From assembly GCA_030167865.1 (NCBI GenBank), contig JALAGF010003661.1, positions 1-49,806 on the forward strand: a DNA stretch of 49,806 nucleotides. The letters run 5' to 3'. Under the pieces are notes generated by a model that searched no databases, was not told where the DNA came from, and saw only the letters and a list, made by a program, of their open reading frames with translations. Position numbers and translations under genes: made by a program. Within the stretch, counting starts at the first letter, position 1. Each line of letters starts with the position of its first letter. Origin of the DNA: Craspedostauros australis. Its lineage: Eukaryota. This document shows, in pieces, positions 11,295 through 23,055 of this stretch.

Positions 11295-13011
11295 GTAACC
11301 AATCTTCCCCCGAAGGCTACGCTGCGAATGTTGCTTTGTCTGCTCAGGCAAAGGTGGCTTCAGCGGTTACTTCAGCGGCAGTTCCCCGGTTGCGATGTGC
11401 AGTGTACAGTTAACAGCTTGTGGCTGTCCCCGTTCCTCTCAATCAGCGCTCAATCAACTTGATCGCCAAGGTTGCGTCCACGTGACAGTTGGGCTTTGTC
11501 GGAAGCAGCGCAGAGTGATGCGTTGCGCGGCAATCCAAGACTCCCGTGGAATTGAGCTTCGTTTCTTGGTGTGTGTGTGGACGCTCACTCCGCGCTCTCA
11601 GGAAGGACGGTTTGGACGGGCTCAATACTCCACTCTTCTCCGTTCTCCACTGTTGTTCGGAGTCCGCCACGATAGCTGAGTCGGTCCACGATAGCTGAGT
11701 GTCTGTATGCACTGTATGTGTGTGCTATATGCGTGTGCTAGTTGCACTATATGCACTCTACTCCGCGCTGGTAGGTATCCACGCAGGTATGCATGCAAGT
11801 ATGTGCTTGGCACAAGTCTTGCTCCAAACGTTGCGGCTGTCGTTGTTGCTGTCGTTGTTCTGTTTGAGGATGATTGCCGGTTGGATCTGACTTCGCCATG
11901 GGAGTCTTGATTCCACCCTTCGATTTTGTCGCTGTTGCCGTTCCAGCTTGATACTCTTTGGTTTTGTTGTACGTGCGCTGCTCTCTGTTGCTGCTGTCCT
12001 TGCTTGTGGTTGGCGACACCTTCGTGACACCGTCTCATGCCAATCCTCGACGATACCTTTGATGACGATGATGATGATCATCAAGCACCCTCCCAACGGA
12101 ACCTGCAAACACAACTGTTGTAGGTAGTAGTGCGCTCAGCTATACTCGCACCCTCCACAAGAAAGACAGCTGCGAACCAGACATGCATCCACTGCGTGAT
12201 TTACCACCGCTACTTCACGCCGCCTAAGTAGATACGGTTACATAGAGGACCCCGGGTCATACACATGCTCGCTGGTTCATATCGCGACATGTCCGCGACG
12301 TCGCAGTTATCGCAGATCGTTAATCAAAATCACACACTCACTGTGTCGCCAACGAATGTCGCTGTTCGGTCCACGTTCGCTGGACTCAGTTTCAGTCATG
12401 TGGGATTCGATTGAATCGTAGTCTAATCTCGTCTTATCTAGAAGTCCATGTGCAACACCATCAGGTCCGCAAGCAACGAACCAAGCAACGAACCAGGTTG
12501 GACCAATCTTGGTCAGTCAAAGAGGATGATACCATACATGATTGCATTGCATTGCATTGCATCTTGCTCATTCGTGTTGTGCGTGCTGCTCCAGTCTGCA
12601 TCAGTATGTGTGTGTGAGTGTTTGGGATGTGTCCCTCTAAATATCATGCCTACTGCTCTATTGCCATCCTGCTGTCAGGATGCAACGCGCCCATGTATGC
12701 ATTCGTATCGCCGTCGCACGTATGTAGAATAGAGTATGCGTGTATGTATGCGTGGAAGTACCCGGACTGTGGATTGCGTGTACCTCCTGTTGGAGATGAA
12801 CTGCCAGTACAGTGTGGAGTGCGAGATGCGAATACCGGTGTGCACGAGGATGCAGTATGCATGACGTGGAGTGCTGGCGGAATCGTGGCCCAAACACAGC
12901 ATGCACAGGGCAAGAAAGGATCCATCCATCCAATCGCTTTGCGTCAAGCCGATTCCAGAATACGCATTCGTACTTCTGCCAGCATCATCATACGAGCCAT
13001 ATAGCCGTACC

Positions 13012-15594
13012 TCACGTCAGCGTGTACGGATAGTAGCACTGGTTGTCGAGCGTCGGATCGTCGTGGCACGTCTCGTCACAGTTCATGGGATCGTCCTTGC
13101 ACTCGAAGCAACGATCGGACCCAAGCTGATCCGTGGCGAAGATGTTGGGCGGCTGGTTGCCGCGCACGCACAATCCGCCCGACCGCGCGATGAACACGAT
13201 CAGCAGGAACGTCATGACGCACAATCCCACGTTCATGCACACGCCCACGAAATGGTACCGCAGGGTCTTCGTGTCCTCGCCCTGCCGCTGTCGCAGGATG
13301 CGCCGTTCGCGCAGCAACGTCAATTCGCGCACCTGCGTCAGGTCCTTGTCGGAGCCGGAGGCGTCCTCGTCGCGGAAGTTGCCCTCGTGGATGGAAGACG
13401 ACGCGGACAGCGCGCTCAGCTCGCCCTTGCTGAGCTTGCGCTTGAAGGCGGCGCGTCGGCTGGATCCGGACTCGGCGTCGTTGATCGTGGCGAATTCGTC
13501 ATCGGACGTGGCGCTGTCATCGTCGCTGCTGTCGCTGCTCTCCTCGTCGCTGCTGCTGAGGGGCTCGCCGTTGAGCATCTTCTGCGACCGGCGCAGGTTC
13601 TTGCGCGACTGCTCGCGCTTCTTTCGCCGGCGTTCGCGGAATGGCTCGAGGTCCAGCTCCACGGCCTTCATGCGCGCCTTGCGGTTCTTGTACTGCTGGA
13701 TGTGGCAACGGTAGGTGAGGAACTCCAGCGCCACGGCCGTCGCCTCGATGATCCACATGACCGCGGCCTCCAGGATGCCGTCATCGAAGAACACGGCGAA
13801 GGTGATGAGGAAGCCGATGAGAGGATTGAGCAAGTTGAAGGGGAAGCCTTCCCGCACGACGGGCACGATTTCCAGAAAGATGAAGCAGATGTAGACGTAG
13901 GTGGAGACGCGGATGGCGACATCCCAGTCGACGTTCTCTGCGGCGATGTTGAGCACCGGCACGCCGCAGCACGTGGTGACCTCGTTGTAGGTCGTGACGG
14001 AGACGATGGCGGCGGTGAGATCGCACAGCAACGCCAGCCAGGTCATGATGCGCACGCGGCGTTTGAGGGGCTTCTCCTCGCGGTGCGGTGGCAGCAGGCG
14101 GATGTATCGCAGGAACTGCTTCCAGCTGGGGTCGTTGTCGAACCCGAGGTCGAGGGACATCATGGAACGCATGGATCGGTTGGACGGGTTGGAGTTGTTG
14201 GCCATCATGAGCGAGCGTCTGTGGTTGGAGTTGTTTTCGAGGGAGTGGTTGCTCATGTCCAGGATGCGGGCACCTTCCGGCGAGCTGCGCACGTGATGGC
14301 TGGACATGTCCAGTCCCGACAGGCCGGCCATGAGTCCGGGGCGCGGCGGGTCCTTGTTCTTCTTGGGCCGGATCGACTGGCTCATGTAGCGCGTGCTGGC
14401 GCCAGTGCCGGCGATGGGGTGATGACCGCTGGCGCCGTGCAAGGATCCGTTGTTGGCACCCATTCTGGTGGGAGCGTTGCCGGTGGTGATGCTGCCATCG
14501 GGATTGACCATGGCGGTGGGCGATCCCCTGCCCCCTTCGGCCTCGCCGGGCATCTGTCTCATCGACGGGCGCGCGTGAGAGGAGCTGCGCAGGATGGAGG
14601 CGGGTCGTTTGGGATATGGTGGCTGATCCGGGAGGTTCGGATTCCCGTTCGGCGGCTGATTGTAGTTGTAGTTCATATTCATCATGCTCTGCGCACCGGA
14701 ACGACCGCGTCCTCTGCCACCGGGACCCATGCGACCGCGGCCGCCACGGCCCATCATCGGAGCGCGGCCACCCATCATGCGCATCGACTGCGGTTGCTGA
14801 TCTTGCGGTGGTGGCTGCTGCGAATTGATGGGCCCTCCCACAGTTCTGCCATGACGGCTGCTGTTGCCGCCGCCGCCGGCCATGTTCATGAGGCTGACGG
14901 GTCGACGGTGAGAGCTGCCGTTGTCGGAGGTGGAGAATCGCGATGACTTGTTGGACATCCGTCTCGTTCCCGGAGGCGGCGGCGGGGAATGGCGCGGGGC
15001 GTTGGGTCCGTGGTACGTGTTGGGTTGCAAACGCTGCGATGACATGGGATTGGACGATGGCGGCGTTTGTCCTTGCGGATGATCCGGGGTGCCCAGATCG
15101 CCGTCCACCGCCGGCTTCTTCTTGAACCTCTTCGACTTGGACTTGGTGGGGGTCTTCTTCGGCTCGTTGGCACCCGCATCACCGGGCAGCAGGTCCGCGT
15201 CTTCATCCGTGTCGATCTCCGACTCCTCGGACATGGTGGAGGCCCTCGCGCTGATGTTCTTGGCCGATTTGGGCTTCTTGAACTTCTTCTTTTTCTTCTT
15301 GACCGGAGGCGTGGCGCCGTCTGCATTCGCCACATCGCCGTTGCTGTCACCTTCGCCTTCTCCACCAGTCGCAGCACCGTCCGCAGCACCATCCGCAGCG
15401 ACAACCTTTTTCTTCTTCTTCTTCTTCTTGACCACGGGCGTTCCATCCTCGTTGGTCACAGACTTCTTCTTCTTTTTCTTCTTCTTCACGGGTGTTGGGG
15501 TTGCACCATCCGCCTCCTTGTCAGTTGCTGGTGGTGCTGGTGGAGCTGTCTCCGCGCTGACAGGGACCCCCTCCTCATCCGCAGGAATGGTCAT
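13012..15594 (-). CDS. Uncharacterised multi-pass (about 5 TM) membrane protein with a long Lys-rich disordered N-terminus and a Cys-rich C-terminal tail
   Basis: 860-aa ORF from ATG 15594 with three poly-K runs. Hydrophobic segments are IMTWLALLCDLTAAIVSV, VAIRVSTYVYICFIFLEIV, LLNPLIGFLITFAVFF, ILEAAVMWIIEATAVAL and FVGVCMNVGLCVMTFLLIVFIA. The terminal segment GGLCV...CFEC...C...C...CYYPY carries 6 Cys. Confidence 0.85.
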   Translation of the reverse strand: MTIPADEEGVPVSAETAPPAPPATDKEADGATPTPVKKKKKKKKSVTNEDGTPVVKKKKKKKKVVAADGAADGAATGGEGEGDSNGDVANADGATPPVKKKKKKFKKPKSAKNISARASTMSEESEIDTDEDADLLPGDAGANEPKKTPTKSKSKRFKKKPAVDGDLGTPDHPQGQTPPSSNPMSSQRLQPNTYHGPNAPRHSPPPPPGTRRMSNKSSRFSTSDNGSSHRRPVSLMNMAGGGGNSSRHGRTVGGPINSQQPPPQDQQPQSMRMMGGRAPMMGRGGRGRMGPGGRGRGRSGAQSMMNMNYNYNQPPNGNPNLPDQPPYPKRPASILRSSSHARPSMRQMPGEAEGGRGSPTAMVNPDGSITTGNAPTRMGANNGSLHGASGHHPIAGTGASTRYMSQSIRPKKNKDPPRPGLMAGLSGLDMSSHHVRSSPEGARILDMSNHSLENNSNHRRSLMMANNSNPSNRSMRSMMSLDLGFDNDPSWKQFLRYIRLLPPHREEKPLKRRVRIMTWLALLCDLTAAIVSVTTYNEVTTCCGVPVLNIAAENVDWDVAIRVSTYVYICFIFLEIVPVVREGFPFNLLNPLIGFLITFAVFFDDGILEAAVMWIIEATAVALEFLTYRCHIQQYKNRKARMKAVELDLEPFRERRRKKREQSRKNLRRSQKMLNGEPLSSSDEESSDSSDDDSATSDDEFATINDAESGSSRRAAFKRKLSKGELSALSASSSIHEGNFRDEDASGSDKDLTQVRELTLLRERRILRQRQGEDTKTLRYHFVGVCMNVGLCVMTFLLIVFIARSGGLCVRGNQPPNIFATDQLGSDRCFECKDDPMNCDETCHDDPTLDNQCYYPYTLT

Positions 15595-16520
15595 CTTGGC
15601 GGCAGATGCACAATGTCTCTTCTGATCAATCAATCAAGCTGTCTGCTGGGATCGTCCTCTATCGTCTTCACTTGACTTGACTTGAATGTGGCACAATGAT
15701 GGATCCGCGATGGATTGGTCAGCGGATGCTCTCTGATCAGATCCTGCAGGCTCAAGACCACGAATCCAACCAGGTCAACTGCGCCAACAGTCTCTTCTTG
15801 ATGACTGTCTTGCCTTGCTTTGTGGACAAGAAAGCCGCGCGCCTCGTTCGCCTGCGAGTGCCTCTCCAGATCGTATGATCCGGGTCAGAGTCTTATTAGT
15901 AGTACCTCCCTCGCATTCAACACAAGAAGGGATGTGCTTGATTGCATACAAGCACGATGGACTTTCTTGCTTGCTTGGTGCCGTGTCGTTGCGTGACATT
16001 GCACGTGTTTCTTTCGCAGCTTTTCGCAATACACATGCCAAGTCATGTGTCGCAATCAGGTCACAATGACCCCACCAACGTTTTGTCGTTGCACAACGCG
16101 AACGAACATCATGTCAATTCCAAGCCACGCCATTTCCAGAGAGCAGTGACACAAACTAGACTGTTCTCAAGTTAGAGCAGCTTCACATTTCACATTTTGC
16201 TAACTCTGCGGCAAGTTGGAATATGCTATTCTGCGCTCTAACCAAGCCAACTGGCGGCTTCATTCCACATATGCCTGAAGCTTCATGCAACGAAAGTTGG
16301 ATGGGGGTATATTACGTAATGTGAATACTCCATAATGTTATACTACGACGTTGCCTGTATGTTCGTGCGTCTCTTACCACAGTGATCGTGCAATGCCCAA
16401 TCGGAGGCGCCCCCCTGGATCACATGCTGTAGAGCACATATGGTGCCGTACACGTGGAATGCTCCACTCTGCATGCTGTTGCAACATGCGCGCCTCCTGG
16501 ATGAAGTCGAGCATGCGATG

Positions 16521-19500
16521 CTAACGCGCAAACTCGCAACTGGGACATGGACACAAAGCTCCTTGTGGCACGGTAATCTTGACAAACTGCGGCGCGTTGC
16601 ACATGGCAGCGGGTACCTCCGTGATGAAGGTGGACGCCAGGTACAGCAAACCTGGAAGCGTGGTGAACGTGGGGAAGCAAATGGTGCGTCATATTGAGCA
16701 GAAGCAAGGCACAGCCAGCACCAGAGAATCGATGGAGGCGCAGGGCCAGGATGGTGACATCCAAACATGCAGAGGCGGAGACAATGGGTGTCATTGCCAT
16801 GGTCAGCCAACGTTGCCGTCGTCGTAGTAACCGTCGCCAACGGAATCACCAGCGATGGATATTGCAGATTCAATAGGAAGACAAAGAAGATGGTGAGAAC
16901 AAGGCAAGCAGAAGATGAATGCGTGCTCGTTGCGCTCATGCGAGGATGAAGGGCAAGGATGGAAAGGAGACCAAGACTCGCAGGGGTGCGGACCGAGGAC
17001 CAACCGTTGGCTCCCATCTGCTTCATCAGGCACTCCTAGGACCACATATTCCATCGGGCGCAGATACAATGCTCGCACGTGAGTTCCCACAGACGTGGCC
17101 GACGTACCAACATTCACCAGCTCGGCCAACTCGGTCGGCACCACACCTTCCAAGTCATTGAAATAGAGTGATAACTGATTCAAGAGTGTCAGCTGCCCAA
17201 GCTCGGAAGGGATGCTTCCGGTGAAAGCGTTCTGGCTGAAGTCCATGGCAACTGAAATGCCCAACGTTTTATGTGAAATGAGACAGGGGATAGCCGAACG
17301 ATATGATATGGAGCAAAGAATAGCGTAACAGCGAAAACGCAATGTGAGAGGTATCCACAAAGATAGAAAGACATCCAGGCAAATGTCACCGACATGCATT
17401 CCACGTTCGCAAGTTCATACCAGTGGAACGAAGGCCGCCAACAGGTCTGTCCATCAACAATCGAGACTCACTCAAGGTGTTGGACAAAAGTCCCATTTCG
17501 GTCGGTATCCGACCAGATAATCTGTTGTCACGAATGTGGATCGATTCCAGCCTGGTCAAATTCGCCAACTCGGCAGGCACGGTTTCGTTGAACTGGTTGG
17601 TAAACAAACGCAAGTGCTGAAGTTCGTGCATATCGCCAATCTCAGGTGGTATGGGCCCAGTCAGTGAATTGCCCCTCAAGTTCATCGAAGTCACTTTGCT
17701 GAGAGAGCCTATCTCTGCGGGCAACCTGCCGGCAACCCGAGTGGATTCACCCTCAAGCAATTCTGTAAGGAGCAGTAGAAGTTTGTGGCAAACAAGGCAG
17801 AACGACCGACCAAACCATTGAACGAAAGAAAGTACGGACAACGAGAAGCATACATTATTTGAGTGAGTGAGTGGATCAGGATCATGTCGTGCTCTGAGCG
17901 TGCTGTCAGCAAATCAACCATGGGTCGTCAAGAAATCAGAGAATCGCTACTGCTGCTGTTCTTGACGTGTTCAGGCGCCAGGCCAGGATGAGACGACAGC
18001 ACCACACTTCGCAAATATACTGTGCAATTTAACCACCAAAACGTACCGAGATTTACCAGATTGCCGATTTCGGTTGGGATGGTGCCTCCGATTTTGTTGC
18101 TTGAGAATCGGAAATCCTCTATGGAATTGCAAGGACATAGGTCGAAAAATTGCGGGTGTAGAGACAGAATGTAGTATCATCGAGGTGAGAGTTCAAAGTC
18201 GAACCAAGGCAAGGCAAGAAGAGGAGCGAACGCAGTTGTGAGACTTCCCCAGAGCTTTGCTTCGACGCACAAAAATGCAATGTAGAATGAACCAGTCAGC
18301 GGATTTTCCACAACAGGATGTTGGACTCACTTATGCTTTCCGGAAGTTGTAGGATGATGTCCTTCAGTGGAGTAGTGAGCTCGTTTTGTACCATTCTCAA
18401 TGTCTCCAGAGATTCCAGGCGCTTGAGCTGGGTTGTATCGAAGCCAGTCAGCTCGTTTTGTGATACAAGGATGTGCACTGTCATTCGTAGATGCCATTCG
18501 TGTGCATAGAGAGAAAGAACGGAAGAGCGTGAGACACGAACAAACGATGGCAGAGGATGCTCCACTCTTCATTCCTGTTCGTCTGCACTACAATATCATG
18601 CGTGCATTCGCGTCGCACAACGTACCGATGCCGGAAGGCAACTTGTCGAATTGGACTTCCGTCAACTCGTTCGCAGCGACAGTTAAGTCTGTCAGGTTAC
18701 TCATTGTCGCGATCTGCTCTCCTATCGTTCCGTTAATCTTGTTGAGCAAAAGAGACAATTTGTCTGTCGTATCCACGTGGTGCATGTATGTCAATGGCAG
18801 AGAATGAGGAGATTCGTTAGACATGCGCATTCGAACATAATACACATTCTGCAGACAAGCAAACAAGAATGACTTACTGAGGGTCGACAACTCCCTGAAC
18901 TCCACCGGAATGGAGCCTTTCAACCCCTTCTCATCTGCATTGATGGCCGTGACGACCCCGTCCGTGCACGTCACGTAGACCCAACTGCATTCATCTTGTG
19001 TGCCTAGGAAGTCTGTGACAAGGGCGTCATCGAGATTGAAGAAGAACATGAGCAACGCGAAACGCACGCGAATCTTGGCGGCGTCATCGATGAGAATGAT
19101 CTCGTCGTTGTCTGTCATCCACGCGACGGCGGTGTACTCGATGGAGGCGGCGTTGTCGAGCTGATCGGGTTGTCCCAGGATGGGCGTGAGGATTCTCTCG
19201 AGTTCTTGGCGCCTTGGCGAATCGCGCGGTGTCGTGGGCGCCTGCGTGGGGCCCTGCGTTTCGTTGCCGCCGCCGGACGAACCGCCCGCCGACACGGCGA
19301 TGACAACGACGACGACAATGACGATGATGAGGCAGATGACGCCGATCGTTCCGAAGATGACGGTCTTTTTGCGTCCGGGTGCAGGGTCCTCGTCCTTGCG
19401 CACGCTGTGCTTCGAAGCATTGTCCAAGGCCTCGTCGATGCCGGGACGCACCACCTGCGGTTGACTCGCCAGGTAGGCTGGCACGGTGGGCCGCGAGTGC

Positions 19501-21155
19501 TCCGTGGTATGGCCCAGCTCCGCGTCGCCGATGGATTGGTCAGCTATCGATTGATGCGCATGATGGCTGCTGACACCGAGCATGGACACGGCGTCTGTGT
19601 TGCGCCGTCCATCCGCGACCGATCCCCCCATGGCCTGCTCCGTGGTCAAGGTGCGATCTTCGTCCCAATTCTCCTCGTTGATACCGTACATCTCGTAGTC
19701 GGCATCATCGACGGCGCCGTCGACACCTTCCACGGCGTAGGCGCCGGGTTCTACGACTTCTTCGTGATCGTCGTTTGCGGGTGCCTGCGTCATTTTAGCG
19801 TTGGGATGGGCCGATCGCGTGACTTCGTTGGCCGTGCCCGTGCTCATGTGCTGGCTCAGCGTGATCTGCGGCACGTCATCGGTGATGAAGGTGAGAGTGT
19901 CGTCATCATCGTCGTCGATAGAAGATGGACGACCGCGCGGAACGCCCTGACCACGACCAGCTTGGGCCCGCTGCTTGGCCAGACCCATGGATTCGGGCGG
20001 GGCACGCAGCGCCGTGGTGGGAGCGATCTGCTTTTGCTCGGGCTGCTTCGCTGCGTCCGTCTTGGCCTGCTGCTGCGGATAGGCTCCGCTGATGATGGAG
20101 TTGTCGTCGCGCGGCGTTCTGGTGCCGCGGATCCGAATGACGTTGGACCGGCCGCTGATCCTGGCGGAGGACAGCCTCTCGTCGTTGGATTCGTCGTGCT
20201 GCGTTTCCTGGATCTCACCCGCGTGATCCATGCGCATGGAGCGGCTGCTGGTGCTGCCGACGCTGTTGCCGGGACTGAGAGCCGCAAAGTCCGGCCCCGC
20301 CACGGCCACCGCCCCCGGCAAGAGGGCCGTATTCGCGGCCACGGCAGCATCGAGCTCGCGGCGTTTGGCGTCCGTGTCCGCCGTTGCAGCCGACGTCCGC
20401 GATACAGGCCGACGTTTGGAACTGTCGGGATCGTCCATGACGAGCTGCGCGGCCGCCAACCTTGATTCCACCATGGACTTAGTGCTGTGGGTGCTGCTCA
20501 TGGAGAGCGCCTGATTGTCGGGCGCTGCTTTGCGCTGCTGGTGCGGGATGGTGGAGGCAAAGGCGCCGTCCATATCGAGCAGACCATCGTCGTCCTCCGC
20601 GTCGGCCGCCACCCTGTATTGTTGCTGCACAGCATCCTGCGATGATGGCGGTGGTGGCGGCAGCACGGAGGCAGCATCAGGTGCGGGACGCGACGCAGTG
20701 AGCGAAGCAGGAGCCCTTCGGATGACGCGCACCTGCTTGCCCTGCTGACGTTGCGCGCGCTCGAATTCCTTCATCTGCTCCTCCGTTCTGGGCGCAGCCG
20801 TGACGGCCGTATCGAGGTCGATGTCGTCTTCGCTGTCATCGCTGATGACCATGGCCGTGGCCTGGAATCTCGCAGTGATGGAAGGACGCTGATTGGGGTT
20901 GTTGAGCTCCTGGGGAGTCGACGCTCTGGGCGCTGGCTGCGCTGGACGTCCTTGGATGCGGCGCCGCATGCCCCCGCCGCGGTGCGATCGAACGGTGGTG
21001 ACGGTGCGTGCGCCACCGTCCTGCGATGCAGGGGGCGCTGCGTTGCCAGGCATGCCTGGTTCCGTGGGCTCCTGCAGGGCAACCAGTGATGGCATGGCAT
21101 TCAGCTCCGTGGGCGGCGCCGCCATGTCCTCGTCATCGTCGTGTTGCGTCTGCAT
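16521..21155 (-). CDS. Type II membrane leucine-rich-repeat protein, 7 exons (21155-18878, 18763-18626, 18477-18331, 18118-18047, 17762-17472, 17251-17108, 16651-16521), 1066 aa
   Basis: A disordered N-terminus with PGAVAV and PGAYAVEG motifs leads to the TM segment TIGVICLIIVIVVVVVIAV, an LRR N-cap (DECSWVYVTC) and plant-type LRRs (NSLTGPIPPEIG, NRLSGRIPTEMG, NAFTGSIPSELG). It ends in a Cys cap, MCN...LCPCPSCEFAR*. Six GT-AG introns join these exons into an open 3201-nt frame. Confidence 0.88.
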
Positions 21156-21678
21156 GTCGTTATAGCGTTGCTGTTGTTGCTATTATGGTGTTGCGTGCGT
21201 ATTGCTCTAACAATAGAATATATGGTATAATATTATATGGGATGACACGAGCGCAGGATCTGAGAGACGTCTCTGTGCAGTCTGTTGTGCCCAGGAAAGA
21301 GTATTCGTGCGAATTGTGTGATGTTGGCGCGCAGTGTCGCAAACGGATCTTGGTGCCTGTTCGCGCCAACGAGTACCACTATGGGTGCCGTGTGCCGGTG
21401 GTATGACCCCTGGTGATGCGAATCGGTGACCAGTACTCGGGACGAAAGAGAACGAGGAGAATGCTTTGTGTGCTTGCTTGGGTCTTGCTTCCTTCCGCGC
21501 GTTGGAGTTCGTCTCTGCGGCAACTTGGCGCGATCAGCGGTGCAGAGTATCCGGATGGGGATGTGAGCACCAAGACGAGCCGGAGCAAGGATGGAGGTTG
21601 CTTGAGGCGTTCCAGTTGGTTGAATGAGCTAACGTGGAGTGCTCTGCTGCTACACTCGTCTTGCCGTCTTGGTCGTCC

Positions 21679-21741
<63 letters not shown>

Positions 21742-21751
21742 TTGCTGTTGT
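21679..21751. repeat. (TGTTGC)n / CAG-CAA microsatellite
   Basis: About 72 nt of near-perfect tgttgc repeats in the region between the divergent LRR and RING genes. Confidence 0.9.
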
Positions 21752-22109
21752 AAGTAGTCTACCACAAGTTTCTCTCTAATTTCCAGGGATGCGATTGTGC
21801 CAACAGCGGACCGGTTGTCCTTCTCCCTCCTCCCTTGTTGGTCGTGACCCTTCCCACGGAGAAGGACATTGACGCTTTTGTTGTCGCATGGCTGCATGCA
21901 TGAAAGGCCAGAGCCTTTTTCGCTGTTCACCAGTTGGCATCCAAGATGAAGGCGCCAGAGTCACATTTGTTTGGGTACCAATTCTATGGGATATCTTTAG
22001 TGGTACCATCCATATAGTACTATTTGGATACGAACAATTTGGATTCGGAGAGGAATTTTCTGTCTCCCACGAAACCGGCCGCTTCAGCGTTGCGCCTCTT
22101 CCGTCCCCT

Positions 22110-22141
22110 TGTTGTTGTTGTTGTTGTTGTTGATGATGATG
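22110..22141. repeat. (GTT)n-(GAT)n microsatellite
   Basis: gttgttgtt... run followed by gatgatgat. Confidence 0.75.
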
Positions 22142-22939
22142 TCACAGCACCATCTCGCGTGTTCCGTTGGAGGCGATCATCGTGTGGAGTTGTTGCGGTT
22201 GCATTGGATCAGATGGACAATGCAATGCCACTGTCGTGCTTGCATGACATCCCCTGCCATGCATCCCATACATTGGCATCTGATTTGATTTGACTTGCCA
22301 TGGAATGGCTTGGCATGGAATGGGATGGGATTCTTGCCACAAAGTCGGCGCGCTGCACCTGATCACAGGGATGCCCACATGTCATCCGATGATCCTCCAC
22401 ACGATGCGATGTGACTCAAAAGAACACAACTTCGCCGCCCATGTCCTTGCGTCTTCGGCCGAACGATGAGTCTCATCGTCTTGATCGGATCACGAACATA
22501 GCATAATTGACTCCCGAACGAAAACGAGGCAATAACGTCACAGGAAACGCATTGCGCGTATCTCCATAAATGTATGTTCGTGCGATCTCCTCCCGGATTA
22601 CGAGCAAGAAATATCATACATATTTGTGTCCGCAGTCCGTGTGGTGCATGACAGCGAAAGGCCGATTCCGTTTGTTCTTCTTCCAGGCGTTGGAAGTTCT
22701 GTGTTGTTGTGCGCGTTGGGTGGAACAGCATTTGTGGTGCTTGTTGCGCATGACGATCTTCTTTTTCTTGCTCGGTTCAATGCTCCACTTTGCGCGCATG
22801 TCTGCGAGATAGGGTGTGTATCGGCGCTGTTGGCAAACAGATGATCATCGAGAAGGGCCGAAGTGAGAGCGGTAGAGACGTTCCTGTTATCTCCCGCTCC
22901 ATCCATGCATCCATTCATTGGAAGCTCTGCTCGTTCCAA

Positions 22940-23000
22940 CACAATACCCACACAATACCCACAATACCCACAATACCCACAATACCCACAACACAATACC
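22940..23000 (+). repeat. 9-bp tandem repeat (CACAATACC)n upstream of the RING gene start
   Basis: About 6 copies of cacaatacc(c), ending roughly 55 nt before ATG 23056. Confidence 0.85.
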
Positions 23001-23055
23001 ATCCATTATAGAATATAATAGAAATATAATCCAATCTGGAGAGAAGACTGTGACA

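Noticed and set aside
12871..14946. 691-aa plus-strand ORF
   Set aside because: Antisense shadow of the membrane-protein gene, caused by GC-rich third codon positions; no motifs.
16343..17026. 227-aa minus-strand ORF
   Set aside because: Mostly LRR intron 6 and 3' flank; the true terminal exon (16651-16521) is in a different frame.
19170..20465. 431-aa plus-strand ORF
   Set aside because: Antisense to LRR gene exon 1; typical shadow composition.
21379..21930. Poly-Gln and poly-Cys ORFs
   Set aside because: Translations of the TGTTGC microsatellite, with no other coding support.
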